Source: Candidatus Omnitrophota bacterium (GTDB lineage: Bacteria; Omnitrophota; Omnitrophia; Omnitrophales; Aquincolibacteriaceae). Taken from it: a stretch of DNA of 64,000 nucleotides. This document shows, one piece after another, positions 32,491 through 42,492 of this stretch (its first letter is position 1; each line of letters begins with the position of its first letter). Position numbers and translations under genes: made by a program. Below the pieces are notes generated by a model. That model was not told where the DNA came from and ran no database searches. It saw only the letters and a program-made list of their open reading frames with translations. The stretch is from assembly GCA_030698625.1 (NCBI GenBank), contig JAUYMS010000048.1, positions 218,404 to 282,403 on the forward strand. Direction: 5' to 3'.

Positions 32491-33543
32491 GTGAATAATT
32501 CTTCCCGTTACGAGAGGCAGCAAATTCTCAGACACATCGGACGCGAGGGGCAGGAGCGCCTGAGCCAAGCGCGCGTGGCGGTGGTCGGACTCGGCGCCCT
32601 GGGGACGGTGTCAGCGGGCTTGCTTGCACGAGCAGGCGTGGGGCATCTGCTTGTAGTGGATCGCGATTTCCTGGAGATGCATAACCTGCAGCGGCAGGTC
32701 CTCTATGATGAAGCCGATGTGCGCGAAAATCTACCCAAGGCTATAATCGCAAAACGCAAATTAGAGAGTATCAATTCGGAGATTTATATCCGTGCGGAAG
32801 TAGCCGATATTAATTCCGATACCGTCGATGAAGTTTTGGGCGGCGTGGATCTGGTAATCGACGGCACTGACAACGTCGAAACACGTTTTCTGATTAACGA
32901 TTATTGCCTTAAGAATCGAATTCCGTGGATCTACGGAGGAGCCATAGGTACGGAGGGGATGTCGTATGTGGTTCTTTCCGAGGGGCCGCCTTGTTTGCGG
33001 TGCCTCTTCGGCGAGGCTCCTGGCCCGGGAACGACGCAGACATGCGATCAGGTCGGTATCCTGGCGCCGGTTGCGCATCTCATTGCTTCTTTTCAAGCGA
33101 CGGAGGCTATCAAGCTGCTTGCCGGCAAAAAAGACATGATCGACCGCAAGCTCTGGAAGGTCGATCTGTGGAGCCGTCAATTTAAAGCCATTTCGGTCGA
33201 TCATTTGAAGGAATCCCCGTGTGGGGGATGCCGTGACGGCGATTACACGTACTTAAAGAGGCAGGAAGGTTCGCGAGCCGTCACCCTGTGTGGGCGCAAT
33301 GCGGTTCAAATTTACTCGCACCGCAAAGAGCAGATTGATTTCAAACGTCTTGCTGAGAATCTTGCAGACAGTGCCGAAGTCAGTTTTAATGATTACTTAT
33401 TGAATATTCGCACTTTGCCGTACGAGATCACGCTCTTTCAGAACGGGCGAGCCATTGTGAAAGGCACCGAAGACACAGGGCAGGCCAGAAGCCTTTATGC
33501 GAAATATGTGGGCCATAAACCGCGGAGGGAATCAGAGGCATGA
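32491..33543 (+). CDS. ThiF/MoeB/HesA-family E1-like adenylyltransferase with an extra ~100-aa C-terminal domain
   Basis: A GTG start placed at the E1 N-terminus (RYERQ...). The protein has the Rossmann motif VVGLGALG and two CxxC pairs (CLRC...CGGC). A tail follows that has no obvious rhodanese or ThiS-like features. Confidence 0.75.
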   Translation: MNNSSRYERQQILRHIGREGQERLSQARVAVVGLGALGTVSAGLLARAGVGHLLVVDRDFLEMHNLQRQVLYDEADVRENLPKAIIAKRKLESINSEIYIRAEVADINSDTVDEVLGGVDLVIDGTDNVETRFLINDYCLKNRIPWIYGGAIGTEGMSYVVLSEGPPCLRCLFGEAPGPGTTQTCDQVGILAPVAHLIASFQATEAIKLLAGKKDMIDRKLWKVDLWSRQFKAISVDHLKESPCGGCRDGDYTYLKRQEGSRAVTLCGRNAVQIYSHRKEQIDFKRLAENLADSAEVSFNDYLLNIRTLPYEITLFQNGRAIVKGTEDTGQARSLYAKYVGHKPRRESEA

Positions 33544-34013
33544 ATAAGGTTGTGATGACGCAAGAGGGTTATGAGAAAATGATGGAGGAACTGGGCTATC
33601 TCAAGTCCACTAAGCGCAAAGAGATTGCCGAACAGTTGGCGACGGCGCGGGCTCACGGTGATTTGAAGGAAAACGCCGAGTACGACGCAGCCAAGGAGGC
33701 CAAGCGCCACCTCGAGACGAAAATTGCGTCGCTAGAACTAAAGCTGTCGCAGGCGAAGATCGTGGACCTCAAGGATGTCGATCAAAGCAAGTCCTTTCTC
33801 GGGGCCACCCTTAAACTTAAGAACTTGGCATCGGGCGATGTCGTCAGCTACACGCTGGTCACCGAGGACGAAGCCAATATCGATACCGGGAAGATATCGA
33901 TTACGTCACCGATCGGAAAAGGCCTTTTGGGAAAAAGCACTAACGAGAAGGCTGAGATTCAAGTTCCCTCCGGAAAGATTACCTTCGAAGTTCAGGAGAT
34001 CAGTTATGGATAA
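33540..34013 (+). CDS. greA: transcription elongation factor GreA
   Basis: A 157-aa protein with a coiled-coil N-terminus and the invariant acidic tip, ...AHGDLKENAEYDAAKE. Confidence 0.9.
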   Translation: MNKVVMTQEGYEKMMEELGYLKSTKRKEIAEQLATARAHGDLKENAEYDAAKEAKRHLETKIASLELKLSQAKIVDLKDVDQSKSFLGATLKLKNLASGDVVSYTLVTEDEANIDTGKISITSPIGKGLLGKSTNEKAEIQVPSGKITFEVQEISYG

Positions 34014-34821
34014 GACGCCCATTCTTCAAGCACCGTTTCGCTCACTCTTTGACCGGAATTTTTATGCCGCTATGACACGTGAGAATGTCGGCCGCGGCAT
34101 GCTCTACCTGGTTTATCTGGCGGCGATTGCCACCCTCATCGGGTGGCTTTTCTTTTCCAATCGCGGTATTCCGGAACTAACACGATTCATCGACTGGGCC
34201 AAGCAGGAGGTTCCCCCTTTGACTTGGACTCCCGAGGGACTTGTCATGAATGCACAAAGCCCCTATGTGATGTTTCATGAAGAGATGGGCAATGTCGTGA
34301 CGTTTGATATGACAAAGTTCGAAGTAGGTCTCCAGGACCTTGCTGATTCGCTGGTCTTTGTTACCTCCACGAAGATTTTTGTAAGGCAGGGAACCGGAGA
34401 TGTCCGCGTTTATGATCTGCTGCAGCCTGAAATCACACGGCCTCCCGGAGAATTAGTTCTAAATATTGATGCGGATACCATTCAGAAATTTTATGATGCC
34501 CTGAAGCCGTGGCTCCACGTCTTTTTTATCCTAATTTTCTTCCCGGCATTTTTTGTCTGGAAGGTGCTGGAAGGTCTTCTTTATTCGCTCATCGGATTAT
34601 TGATCAATACGCGAAGGAGGGAAAAACTCCCGTACGGCGCGATCTTAAACGTGACTTTTTTTGCACTGACACCGCTGACAATTGTCCAGGGGTTGGGATT
34701 TATGGCGCTGCCGTTTCTGGATCAACAACCTGTGAGCTCGCTGTTGGCATTAGTTCTGATTTCGACTTATCTCTTCCTGGCTATCCGGAAAACAGAAGTT
34801 GAGATGCCGGATTCTATTTAG
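34006..34821 (+). CDS. membrane protein of unknown function (DUF1189-like?)
   Basis: The ATG at 34006 overlaps the greA stop. The protein has several hydrophobic helices and no recognisable catalytic motifs. Confidence 0.5.
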   Translation: MDKTPILQAPFRSLFDRNFYAAMTRENVGRGMLYLVYLAAIATLIGWLFFSNRGIPELTRFIDWAKQEVPPLTWTPEGLVMNAQSPYVMFHEEMGNVVTFDMTKFEVGLQDLADSLVFVTSTKIFVRQGTGDVRVYDLLQPEITRPPGELVLNIDADTIQKFYDALKPWLHVFFILIFFPAFFVWKVLEGLLYSLIGLLINTRRREKLPYGAILNVTFFALTPLTIVQGLGFMALPFLDQQPVSSLLALVLISTYLFLAIRKTEVEMPDSI

Positions 34822-35680
34822 ATTTTTTTCCCGAGCCGAAATAGGTAATCGCGGCCCCGCCTAAGATAATCAGAAAAGCGCCGGATAACGCTTTCCAGCT
34901 GAGTCTTTCCCCCCAGAAAAGGAGTCCGTAGATGAATGACAGGAGCGGGCTCAGATACGAAAATGGCCCGACGAGCGATGCCGGTGCGCGGCGCAACGAG
35001 ATGGTCATCCACAGTTGACCGTAGAAAGCCCCAATGCCGACACCTGCCAAGGCAAGCCATTCTATCGGTGTCGGCCAACGAAACCCAAAACTGAGCAATC
35101 CGGCCGATCCTACGGTCGAAATAAGCGTAAAATAAAAAATGACTGTTAATGGGGACTCCCTGTGTTTGATGGCTCGTATCGAGACATAGGCTACTCCCGC
35201 GGCAACAGCCGATAAGAGACCTAGCAGAACTGGTAGGCCGCTTCCGGGCAACCGGCTATCGACGAGCAGGTAGACTCCGAGAAATGATATGAGGGTCATA
35301 AAGAAGGTGATGATCCCGGGGCGCTCCTTAAGGAAAAGAGTGGCCAAAATGGCCGAAAAAATAGGGGACGTATAATTTAAGATAACGGCAGTCCCTAAGG
35401 GGAGTTTGGTCAGGGTGTAGAAAAACAAGGTAAGTGCCACAAAACCGCTTGTTCCCCGGAGCAGCAAAATACCGTGTGCTTTCCCGACAAAGGAAACCTT
35501 TTTGGCAATGAGTAAGGGAAGAATCATGAGTGTCCCGAGGAGGCTGCGGAAAAAGACAATCTCAAAACTCGGCAAACCGGAGCTCGCCCACTTGACGCAC
35601 ATGGCCATGATCGAGAAGCAAACGGAAGCCTTCATCATGAGGACGATGCCGGATAAGTGGGGCCTGGAATGCGTTTTCAA
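34814..35680 (-). CDS. EamA/DMT-superfamily transporter
   Basis: About ten transmembrane helices arranged as two EamA-like repeats. Confidence 0.75.
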   Translation of the reverse strand: MKTHSRPHLSGIVLMMKASVCFSIMAMCVKWASSGLPSFEIVFFRSLLGTLMILPLLIAKKVSFVGKAHGILLLRGTSGFVALTLFFYTLTKLPLGTAVILNYTSPIFSAILATLFLKERPGIITFFMTLISFLGVYLLVDSRLPGSGLPVLLGLLSAVAAGVAYVSIRAIKHRESPLTVIFYFTLISTVGSAGLLSFGFRWPTPIEWLALAGVGIGAFYGQLWMTISLRRAPASLVGPFSYLSPLLSFIYGLLFWGERLSWKALSGAFLIILGGAAITYFGSGKKSK

Positions 35681-35731
35681 AGTGAGCGCATCATAGCATG
35701 GGATGGGTTATAATGACCACTGACCAACGTC

Positions 35732-37444
35732 ATGAATAAACACGACATTACTCACATCCTGGACGAAATTGCCTTCCTGAAGGAACTGCTCGGAGAAAAC
35801 ATGTTTAAGGTGCGCGCGTTTCAGAACGCCGTGCGCGTGCTCGAGTCTGACCCCCGCGAAATTCCGGAGCTCGTCGAAACCGGTGAGCTTGAGAAACTTA
35901 AGGGTATCGGGAAGGGGCTTTCCGCCGTTATCCGTGACCTCGTGAAAACAGGGAAATCCCAGGAGCACATTGCGTTAAAAAAGCAGTTTCCCGCGGGCCT
36001 CCTGGATTTGACTCGTATCCAAGGTCTGGGAGCCAAGCGCATTAAGGGGCTCTACGACAAACTCGATATCAAGTCAGTCGGAGAGTTGGAGTATGCGTGC
36101 AAGGAAAACAGACTTGTCGACCTTGATGGTTTTGGAGAGAAGAGCCAGCGCAACATTCTGGCAAGCATTGAGCATTTTAAAAAATCACGCGGCCATTTCC
36201 TGCTGCCGCTTGTGCGGGAAGAAGCCGCGGCATTTTGCGATTACTTAAAGAAGAAAAAGGGTTGTGATAAAATCGAAATCGCCGGGAGTCTCCGAAGACA
36301 CAAAGAGATCGTTAAAGACATCGATATCCTTGTGAGCACAAAGACCCCAGAAGCGATTCACAATGCCTTCGCGAAGTACCCGGAAGTTGAATCGGTTCTT
36401 GCTCACGGAGACACCAAGTCGAGCGTTATTCTCAAATCGGGAGTGCAGTGTGATCTGCGTACGGTTTCGGCTGTGGAATTTCCTTATGCGTTGTACTACT
36501 TTACCGGCAGTAAGGAGCACAATGTGGCGGTTCGCACGATTGCGAAGAGAAGGGGGATCAAGATTAATGAGTACGGACTTTTTCGGGGTAAGAAGCTTAT
36601 CCCATGCAAGAGTGAAGAAGATATCTTTAAAACCCTCGGCTTTAATTATATTCCGCCGGAACTTCGCGAAAACACCGGAGAGATCGAAGCTGCCGCAAAG
36701 AAGAAGTTTGCACCTCTCATACGGGATGAAGATATCCGCGGCGTTTTCCACGTGCACTCGAACTATAGTGACGGCAGTGCCTCTCTTGAAAGGATGGTCG
36801 TCAGGGCCCAGGAACTGGGGTATGAATATATCGGAATTTCAGATCACAGTCAGTCGGCCTTTTACGCGCGGGGGCTTAAGGAAGATCGAGTGAAGGCGCA
36901 GTGGAAGGAAATCGACCGGCTCCAGAAGAAAGTGGGGATTAGAATTTTTAAAGGGATCGAATCGGATATACTTCCGGACGGGCGATTGGATTATCCCGAC
37001 GCCCTCCTGGCGCAGTTCGATTTCGTGATCGGGTCCGTGCACAGCCGTTTTCAAATGCCCGGAAAAGAAATGACGAAGCGAATGATGCGAGCCGTTCAGA
37101 ACAAATACCTCACTTTTGTCGGGCACCCGACAGGGCGTCTACTTCTCGGGCGTGATGGCTATCAAGTCAACCTTACGCAGATTATCGATGAAGCGAAAAA
37201 GTGCGGGGTCGTGCCGGAACTGAACGCCAATCCGCAGCGCTTGGATCTGGATTGGCGCATGTGTCAGTACGCTAAGAAAAAAGGCGTCCAAGTGGGTATT
37301 CATCCGGATGCCCATTCTCCGGAAGGCCTGGAGGATGTCTCTTACGGTGTGGGTATTGCGCGTAAGGGGTGGCTTGAGAAAAAGGATGTTCTCAATACGA
37401 TGCCGTGTGCCGAGATTGAAAAGTTTCTCGCCAAAAGACGATGA
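35732..37444 (+). CDS. polX: DNA polymerase/3'-5' exonuclease PolX (Pol beta-like domain + PHP domain)
   Basis: An N-terminal Pol X domain with HhH motifs (GIGKGL, GLGAKR) and the nucleotidyltransferase motif GSLRR..E...DIDIL. A C-terminal PHP domain follows (HVHSNYSDG, H-rich). Confidence 0.88.
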   Translation: MNKHDITHILDEIAFLKELLGENMFKVRAFQNAVRVLESDPREIPELVETGELEKLKGIGKGLSAVIRDLVKTGKSQEHIALKKQFPAGLLDLTRIQGLGAKRIKGLYDKLDIKSVGELEYACKENRLVDLDGFGEKSQRNILASIEHFKKSRGHFLLPLVREEAAAFCDYLKKKKGCDKIEIAGSLRRHKEIVKDIDILVSTKTPEAIHNAFAKYPEVESVLAHGDTKSSVILKSGVQCDLRTVSAVEFPYALYYFTGSKEHNVAVRTIAKRRGIKINEYGLFRGKKLIPCKSEEDIFKTLGFNYIPPELRENTGEIEAAAKKKFAPLIRDEDIRGVFHVHSNYSDGSASLERMVVRAQELGYEYIGISDHSQSAFYARGLKEDRVKAQWKEIDRLQKKVGIRIFKGIESDILPDGRLDYPDALLAQFDFVIGSVHSRFQMPGKEMTKRMMRAVQNKYLTFVGHPTGRLLLGRDGYQVNLTQIIDEAKKCGVVPELNANPQRLDLDWRMCQYAKKKGVQVGIHPDAHSPEGLEDVSYGVGIARKGWLEKKDVLNTMPCAEIEKFLAKRR

Positions 37445-38088
37445 GAGAATCGAAGGAAAAAAAGAAGATAAGGGTCCAGGCCATTGTAAAGCGTTTGCGG
37501 CGAGCCCATCCGGACGCAAAGTGCGCCCTCACGTTTTCGGACCCCTGGCAGCTGCTCGTGGCCACGATCCTATCGGCGCAATGCACCGATAAGCGCGTGA
37601 ATAGGGTGACGCCCCACCTATTTAAGCGATACAAGGCAATAAAAGATTATGCCGAAGCGGACCTGAAGGTTCTAGAAACCGAAATCCGGTCAACCGGTTT
37701 CTACAGACACAAGGCGAAGAACATTCTCGGGTCTGCAAAAAGGATAACCGAAGAATTCGGCGGCCGAGTCCCCCAAAAACTGGAAGAGTTGGTGACCTTG
37801 CCCGGAATTGGCCGCAAGACGGCCAACGTCGTTTTGGGGAACGCGTTCGGCGTGCCTGGTCTGACGGTGGATACGCATATGATTCGTCTCAACCGGCGTC
37901 TGGGACTTACGAAAAACACGGATGCTGTCAAAATCGAATTCGATCTTATGCCGCTCGTCCCCAACAATGAATGGACCGATTATTCTCACCTGATTATTCA
38001 CCACGGTAGGGCGCGCTGTAATGCGCGCAAGCCGGATTGCGCGGGATGCGAAATTAAAGATCTCTGTCCTTCGGCGGGGAAGGTCTGA
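37441..38088 (+). CDS. nth: endonuclease III
   Basis: HhH-GPD motif LPGIGRKTANVV, the catalytic residues, and the [4Fe-4S] loop C-x6-C-x2-C-x5-C. Confidence 0.9.
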   Translation: MRESKEKKKIRVQAIVKRLRRAHPDAKCALTFSDPWQLLVATILSAQCTDKRVNRVTPHLFKRYKAIKDYAEADLKVLETEIRSTGFYRHKAKNILGSAKRITEEFGGRVPQKLEELVTLPGIGRKTANVVLGNAFGVPGLTVDTHMIRLNRRLGLTKNTDAVKIEFDLMPLVPNNEWTDYSHLIIHHGRARCNARKPDCAGCEIKDLCPSAGKV

Positions 38089-38089
38089 G

Positions 38090-39220
38090 ATGGACGTCAA
38101 AGCGCTGGCTCGCGAAGTGGGTTTTGACGTAGTCGGTATCACGGAGATTGCATCCTTGGAGAAAGGGAAGGAGGCGATCCTTCAATGGGTCCGAGAGGGC
38201 AAGCACGGAACCATGCGGTATCTGGAGGATTACGCGGCACGTTTTGACCGGCTCTTTAAGGATTTTCCAGATGCACGCGGTGTGATTGTGCTTGGGACCA
38301 ATTATTACCAGAAAGCCCCGGAGGAATGGGCCGAGACTGAGACGCGGGGTCGCGGACGCGTGGCTCGCTACGCGTGGGGTCAGGACTACCACGAGGTGAT
38401 TCGGGAGCGCCATGCCAAGCTGATTGCAAGGTTGCGCGAAAAAACCGGTGAGGTACTGCGTGCGACTTCTTGTGTCGACACTCAACCGTTGCCGGAAAGG
38501 TTCGCTGCGCAGCAGGCAGGCCTGGGATTTTTTGGAAAGCATACGGGACTTTTAAGCAAGGACTTCGGCCCGTGGCTTTTTATCTCCGAGATTGTCACGA
38601 ATTTGGATTTGACCCCAGATATGCCGGATTCCGGTAACTGCGGCACTTGTGTCGAATGCCAGCGGATTTGTCCGACGGGCGCGCTCGATGAAGACTATCG
38701 CATGGACGCGCGTCTCTGTATTTCCTACCTGACCATTGAACACAAAGGTGTCATTCCTAGAGAGCTACGGCCTAAGATAAAAGATTGGATTTTTGGGTGT
38801 GATGAGTGTCTCGAGGTGTGTCCTTTTACGTCCAAAGCCAAGACGGAAATATGGGACGAATTTAAACCGGCGGCCGGAGCGGGATCTGTTCTGGATCTTG
38901 AGAAAATCATATCACTGACTACCAATTCCCGTCATGAGACGATGTTTCGATCGTCGGCGTTAAAACGTGCCGGTCGGAAGCAAATGTTGAGAAATGCCTG
39001 CATTGTCTTGGGCAACTCGGGCTCTCGAGGGGCCGTTGGCCTTCTCGAAAAGGCCCTTCAAGACTCCGCGCCTCTCGTCAGGCTGCATGCCGCTTGGGGC
39101 TTGGGGCAATTGCCCTACCCTGAGGCCCGAGGCATCCTTGAGAACCGCGCGGCTGTGGAATCCGACCCGGATGTCCAGGGTGAGATTCGAGCAGCCCTGA
39201 ATCCTCTTGAAATCCCCTAA
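38090..39220 (+). CDS. queG: epoxyqueuosine reductase
   Basis: The start is placed at MDVKALA..., 2 nt after the nth stop. A DUF1730-like N-terminus is followed by two 4Fe-4S ferredoxin motifs (CGTCVECQRICP and CDECLEVCP) and a C-terminal HEAT-like repeat region. Confidence 0.8.
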   Translation: MDVKALAREVGFDVVGITEIASLEKGKEAILQWVREGKHGTMRYLEDYAARFDRLFKDFPDARGVIVLGTNYYQKAPEEWAETETRGRGRVARYAWGQDYHEVIRERHAKLIARLREKTGEVLRATSCVDTQPLPERFAAQQAGLGFFGKHTGLLSKDFGPWLFISEIVTNLDLTPDMPDSGNCGTCVECQRICPTGALDEDYRMDARLCISYLTIEHKGVIPRELRPKIKDWIFGCDECLEVCPFTSKAKTEIWDEFKPAAGAGSVLDLEKIISLTTNSRHETMFRSSALKRAGRKQMLRNACIVLGNSGSRGAVGLLEKALQDSAPLVRLHAAWGLGQLPYPEARGILENRAAVESDPDVQGEIRAALNPLEIP

Positions 39221-39371
39221 AGACTCCCGCCTTAAGTCATTTCATATAAAAGAGTTAGCGCAGTTTTATGCGAGGCAATGATTTGCGCACATCATATAGC
39301 AATAACGATCTTTCATAAAAACTAACACCCAAAAATTTGCATTGGCATTCATTGTTATGTAATCTTATATA

Positions 39372-39400
39372 CAGATCATGATTGTGTTTACCATGATCTG
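39372..39400. promoter_or_regulatory. perfect 9-bp inverted repeat, CAGATCATG-n11-CATGATCTG: candidate operator 12 nt upstream of the HTH gene
   Basis: Read directly from the sequence. It is the only strong dyad in the 190-bp AT-rich intergenic region at 39221-39411. Confidence 0.5.
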
Positions 39401-39411
39401 GAAGGATATCT

Positions 39412-39669
39412 ATGGATAACGGTCACGAAAATCCCGAGGAAGCACCGATTCCGCCTCCACAGAATCAGATCATGACTCTTCAACAGGTCGCCGACTATCT
39501 TGGATTGCACCATCTGACTATCTACAAATTGGTGCAGGAGAGAAAAATTCCCGCCGCTAAAGTCGGCGGAAGCTGGCGATTCAAGAAAGATGTCCTCGAT
39601 CAGTGGATCGAGCAGGATATGGCGCAGAGGGGCAGTCGAAGCGGTCGAAACGGCCGCAACGGAAACTAG
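39412..39669 (+). CDS. small excisionase-family helix-turn-helix DNA-binding protein (HTH_17/MerR-superfamily)
   Basis: The segment [46 protein letters not shown] matches the excisionase-type HTH. It is followed by an Arg/Gly/Asn-rich tail. Confidence 0.75.
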   Translation: MDNGHENPEEAPIPPPQNQIMTLQQVADYLGLHHLTIYKLVQERKIPAAKVGGSWRFKKDVLDQWIEQDMAQRGSRSGRNGRNGN

Positions 39670-39676
39670 AATCGAC

Positions 39677-41998
39677 ATGAACGACGAACAAAGGCTACCA
39701 CCGGCAGCCGATGATGTTAAGCGTCTCCGTGACGCTGAGTCAAAGGCTCGTACGATCCAAAAACAGAGCGAGCAGATTCTGTCCGCGATTACTTCGATTT
39801 TGATCGGCATCGACCGTGATGGGAAAGTGACCCATTGGAATTTGATTGCTGAGGAAACCTTCCGTATCGCGTCCAAGGATGCCATAAAACAGAGTTTGAG
39901 ATCCTGTAAGATCGATTGGGATTTTGAGCTTCTCAATCGGGCGATTTCCGAAGTGATGGAGAAAAGACAAAGTATCCGGATGAAAGATCTGAGATTCAAA
40001 CGAGTGAATGGGAAAGAAGGACTTCTTGGTTTTAGTGTGAATCCAATCGTCGGTGAAGCCGACGGCGACTGCGGCATACTTCTATTGGGAGCGGATATTA
40101 CCGAGCGGCGGCGGGAACAAGCGCAGCTCAAGAGCCATGCCGAGGCCCTTGAGATTGCCAAAGCACGCATCGAGGAAGAGAAGCTCAAGGATCATGCCCT
40201 CCTTGAAAGCATCGGTGACGGGGTTATCGCCACCGATCGAGAAGGACGCGTTATCCTAGCTAATACCCCTGCGGTATCCATGTTTGGATGGGATAGCCAG
40301 GCTATCCTCGGCAAGCCGATTACCGAATCGTTGGTACTCCAGGACGAGAGGCGCTCCTGGATCCCCGAAAACGAGCGCCCCATACCGGTAGCACTGAAGA
40401 CCGGCAAGAAGACTCGCATGGAGGCCTACTTCGTGCGTCCCGATGAATCGCGGTTTCCCATTGCCATAACCGCGTCGCCCATTATTTTTGAGAATAAGAT
40501 TATCGGCGTCATTGAAACAATTCGTGACATCTCTCAGGAAAAAGAGATCGACCGCATGAAAACGGAGTTTATTTCGACCGTCTCGCACGAGTTGCGGACT
40601 CCGCTTACCACGATCCGTGAAGGTGTGGCCCAGGTACTCGAAGAATTGCTCGGCCCGCTCAACGACGACCAAAAGGAATTCTTGGATATCGCACGCCGCG
40701 AAGTCGACCGCCTTGCGGCCATTATTAATGACCTGCTCGATATTTCGAAGATAGAATCCGGAAATATTACATTCAAAAGGGTCCATGTGAACGTGAATGA
40801 GCTCATTAAGAGGGTTGTCGCCAATTGTCAGAGTTTGATTAAGAGCAAAGAACTGACATTGGAAACCGTGTTGCCTGAGCATGCCGTTGAGGCTTTCCTG
40901 GATCAAGATAAGATGGTGCAGACAATCACTAACTTTGTTTCAAATGCCTATAAGTTTACCGAGCCGGGAGGATCGATTCGGGTGGGTCTTAAAGACTCTG
41001 AGACGGAGCTTTTCATCTATGTCGAAGACACAGGCATTGGCATCGGCGAAGACGACGTCCCAAAACTTTTCAACAAATTTGTTCAGATCGGACGTACAGC
41101 CGGTCCGGGCATTAAAGGCACGGGACTCGGACTGACCATCGCGAAGAATCTTATTCAGATGCACGGAGGGAAGGTCTGGGTAGAATCTGAAGTCGGAAAA
41201 GGCAGCAGGTTTACTTTTAGTATCCCGAAGACCAAAAAAGAATTTGTGGCTCAGGAAAATGTAAATCACGGAATTAGGGACTATTCCGGAAACGGAAAGC
41301 CGTTGTCGCTCATCCTCTGGAAAATGGAATCCGCAAACGGAGGTGCGAACGGTGCCTCAACCGACAATCTCCGCAGCGTTTTTGAAGCAGCGGGACGTAA
41401 TATCCAGGAGATCATGAACAACGAGGCAGAAGTTTACCCCATCGACGTCAACGAGGGATTTATTTTGCTGCCGGGTTACAGCAAGGAGAAGGCCATGGCG
41501 GTTCGTGACAAATTGACGCAGGGCACGCGCGAATTCGTCGACCAACTGCGAAAAGAGGGCCCCGTAGAGATGAACGTACAGTTTGGCGTTTCCACTTACC
41601 CCGAAGAGGCCGTCACCAGCAAGGACCTTCTACTCAAAGCCGAAATATCGCTGAAACAGGGCTATCTGGGTGCCGAGAGAAGGGCGCATACGCGTACGGC
41701 CTTTGAAATGAACATCAGTTTGGCGTCAGAGCCCGGGCAGGCGGTGGATTCGCAGACCGTCGACATCAGCGCTGGAGGCATGAGGATCTGCTGTGGTAAC
41801 GAGCTGCCGGTCGGTAGTGTCCACGAAGTCCTCTTCTCGCTTCCGAAGGATCATGGAGTCGTACAGGCGAAAGGAGTCGTCGTTTGGTCGCAGAAGGGCA
41901 ATGAGGACGCGGGGTATATCTGCGGCGTCAAATTTGTGGGCATGTCTGCGGCCCATCAAGAGAAACTTAACGGTTTTATAAAAAGAGAACTGGCTTAG
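39677..41998 (+). CDS. cytoplasmic multi-domain sensor histidine kinase: PAS x2, HisKA, HATPase_c, degenerate GGDEF-like domain, C-terminal PilZ
   Basis: The start is placed at MNDEQ, 8 nt after the HTH stop. The protein has no transmembrane helix. It carries the H-box [12 protein letters not shown] and the N/G boxes. A GGDEF-like segment follows (...[24 protein letters not shown]...[11 protein letters not shown]...) that lacks the GG[DE]EF motif. The C-terminal PilZ domain has the RAHTR and DISAGG motifs. Confidence 0.85.
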   Translation: MNDEQRLPPAADDVKRLRDAESKARTIQKQSEQILSAITSILIGIDRDGKVTHWNLIAEETFRIASKDAIKQSLRSCKIDWDFELLNRAISEVMEKRQSIRMKDLRFKRVNGKEGLLGFSVNPIVGEADGDCGILLLGADITERRREQAQLKSHAEALEIAKARIEEEKLKDHALLESIGDGVIATDREGRVILANTPAVSMFGWDSQAILGKPITESLVLQDERRSWIPENERPIPVALKTGKKTRMEAYFVRPDESRFPIAITASPIIFENKIIGVIETIRDISQEKEIDRMKTEFISTVSHELRTPLTTIREGVAQVLEELLGPLNDDQKEFLDIARREVDRLAAIINDLLDISKIESGNITFKRVHVNVNELIKRVVANCQSLIKSKELTLETVLPEHAVEAFLDQDKMVQTITNFVSNAYKFTEPGGSIRVGLKDSETELFIYVEDTGIGIGEDDVPKLFNKFVQIGRTAGPGIKGTGLGLTIAKNLIQMHGGKVWVESEVGKGSRFTFSIPKTKKEFVAQENVNHGIRDYSGNGKPLSLILWKMESANGGANGASTDNLRSVFEAAGRNIQEIMNNEAEVYPIDVNEGFILLPGYSKEKAMAVRDKLTQGTREFVDQLRKEGPVEMNVQFGVSTYPEEAVTSKDLLLKAEISLKQGYLGAERRAHTRTAFEMNISLASEPGQAVDSQTVDISAGGMRICCGNELPVGSVHEVLFSLPKDHGVVQAKGVVVWSQKGNEDAGYICGVKFVGMSAAHQEKLNGFIKRELA

Positions 41999-42016
41999 GA
42001 CGTGCAGGAGGAAACC

Positions 42017-42400
42017 ATGGGAAAGAAGAAAGTTTTATTTGTTGATGATGAACCGATGATTGTCAAAATTATGAAGAGTCGGCTGGAAGCTAATAATTAT
42101 GAGGTTTTTACAGCCCTCTCTGGGCAAGAGGCTATTGAACTGGCCCTGGGGCAGAAACCCGATCTCATCCTCTTGGATATCCTTATGCCCGATTTGAATG
42201 GCTATGAGGTATGCGGGCGTCTGAAATCCAACCCGAGGACAAAGGAAATTCCGGTGATCATGTTCACGGCGTTGCAGGAGGATGAATGCAAGGAGCGTTC
42301 CGAAGAAATGGGAGCCGTCGAAATCATCCGCAAGCCCTTTGTCGGCGATCTTGTGAGGGCTATCCGCAAAGTATTTGAGCAGGAATTCAGCAGCCAGTAG
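42017..42400 (+). CDS. single-domain response regulator (REC only)
   Basis: An AGGAGGA ribosome-binding site precedes the ATG at 42017. The protein has VLFVDDEP...DLILLDILMPDLNG...RKPF and no output domain. Confidence 0.85.
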   Translation: MGKKKVLFVDDEPMIVKIMKSRLEANNYEVFTALSGQEAIELALGQKPDLILLDILMPDLNGYEVCGRLKSNPRTKEIPVIMFTALQEDECKERSEEMGAVEIIRKPFVGDLVRAIRKVFEQEFSSQ

Positions 42401-42492
42401 CAGGTTTCGGCAGGAAATTATTGTCACTAGGAACGGTATCGTGGCTCTTGAGAAATTGAAGGGAGAATTCCTAACAGGAATCAAACCAGATC

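Noticed and set aside
39412-39669. Excisionase-family HTH as evidence of a prophage or integrative element
   Set aside because: There is no integrase, recombinase, phage structural or transposase gene anywhere in the window. Housekeeping genes flank the locus with no att-like repeats or tRNA. It is more likely a chromosomal regulator.
39388-40188. 266-aa minus-strand ORF, Ser/Arg-rich, antisense to the HTH gene and the first kinase
   Set aside because: It overlaps well-supported + strand genes with clear domain homology. Its composition is that expected from translating an antisense strand. No RBS or conserved motifs.
42440-42475. Short palindrome GGAATTCCTaacAGGAATc just upstream of the second kinase gene
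   Set aside because: It is only a 6-bp arm hairpin and includes an EcoRI-like site. It is too short to separate from chance, although it could be a weak attenuator.
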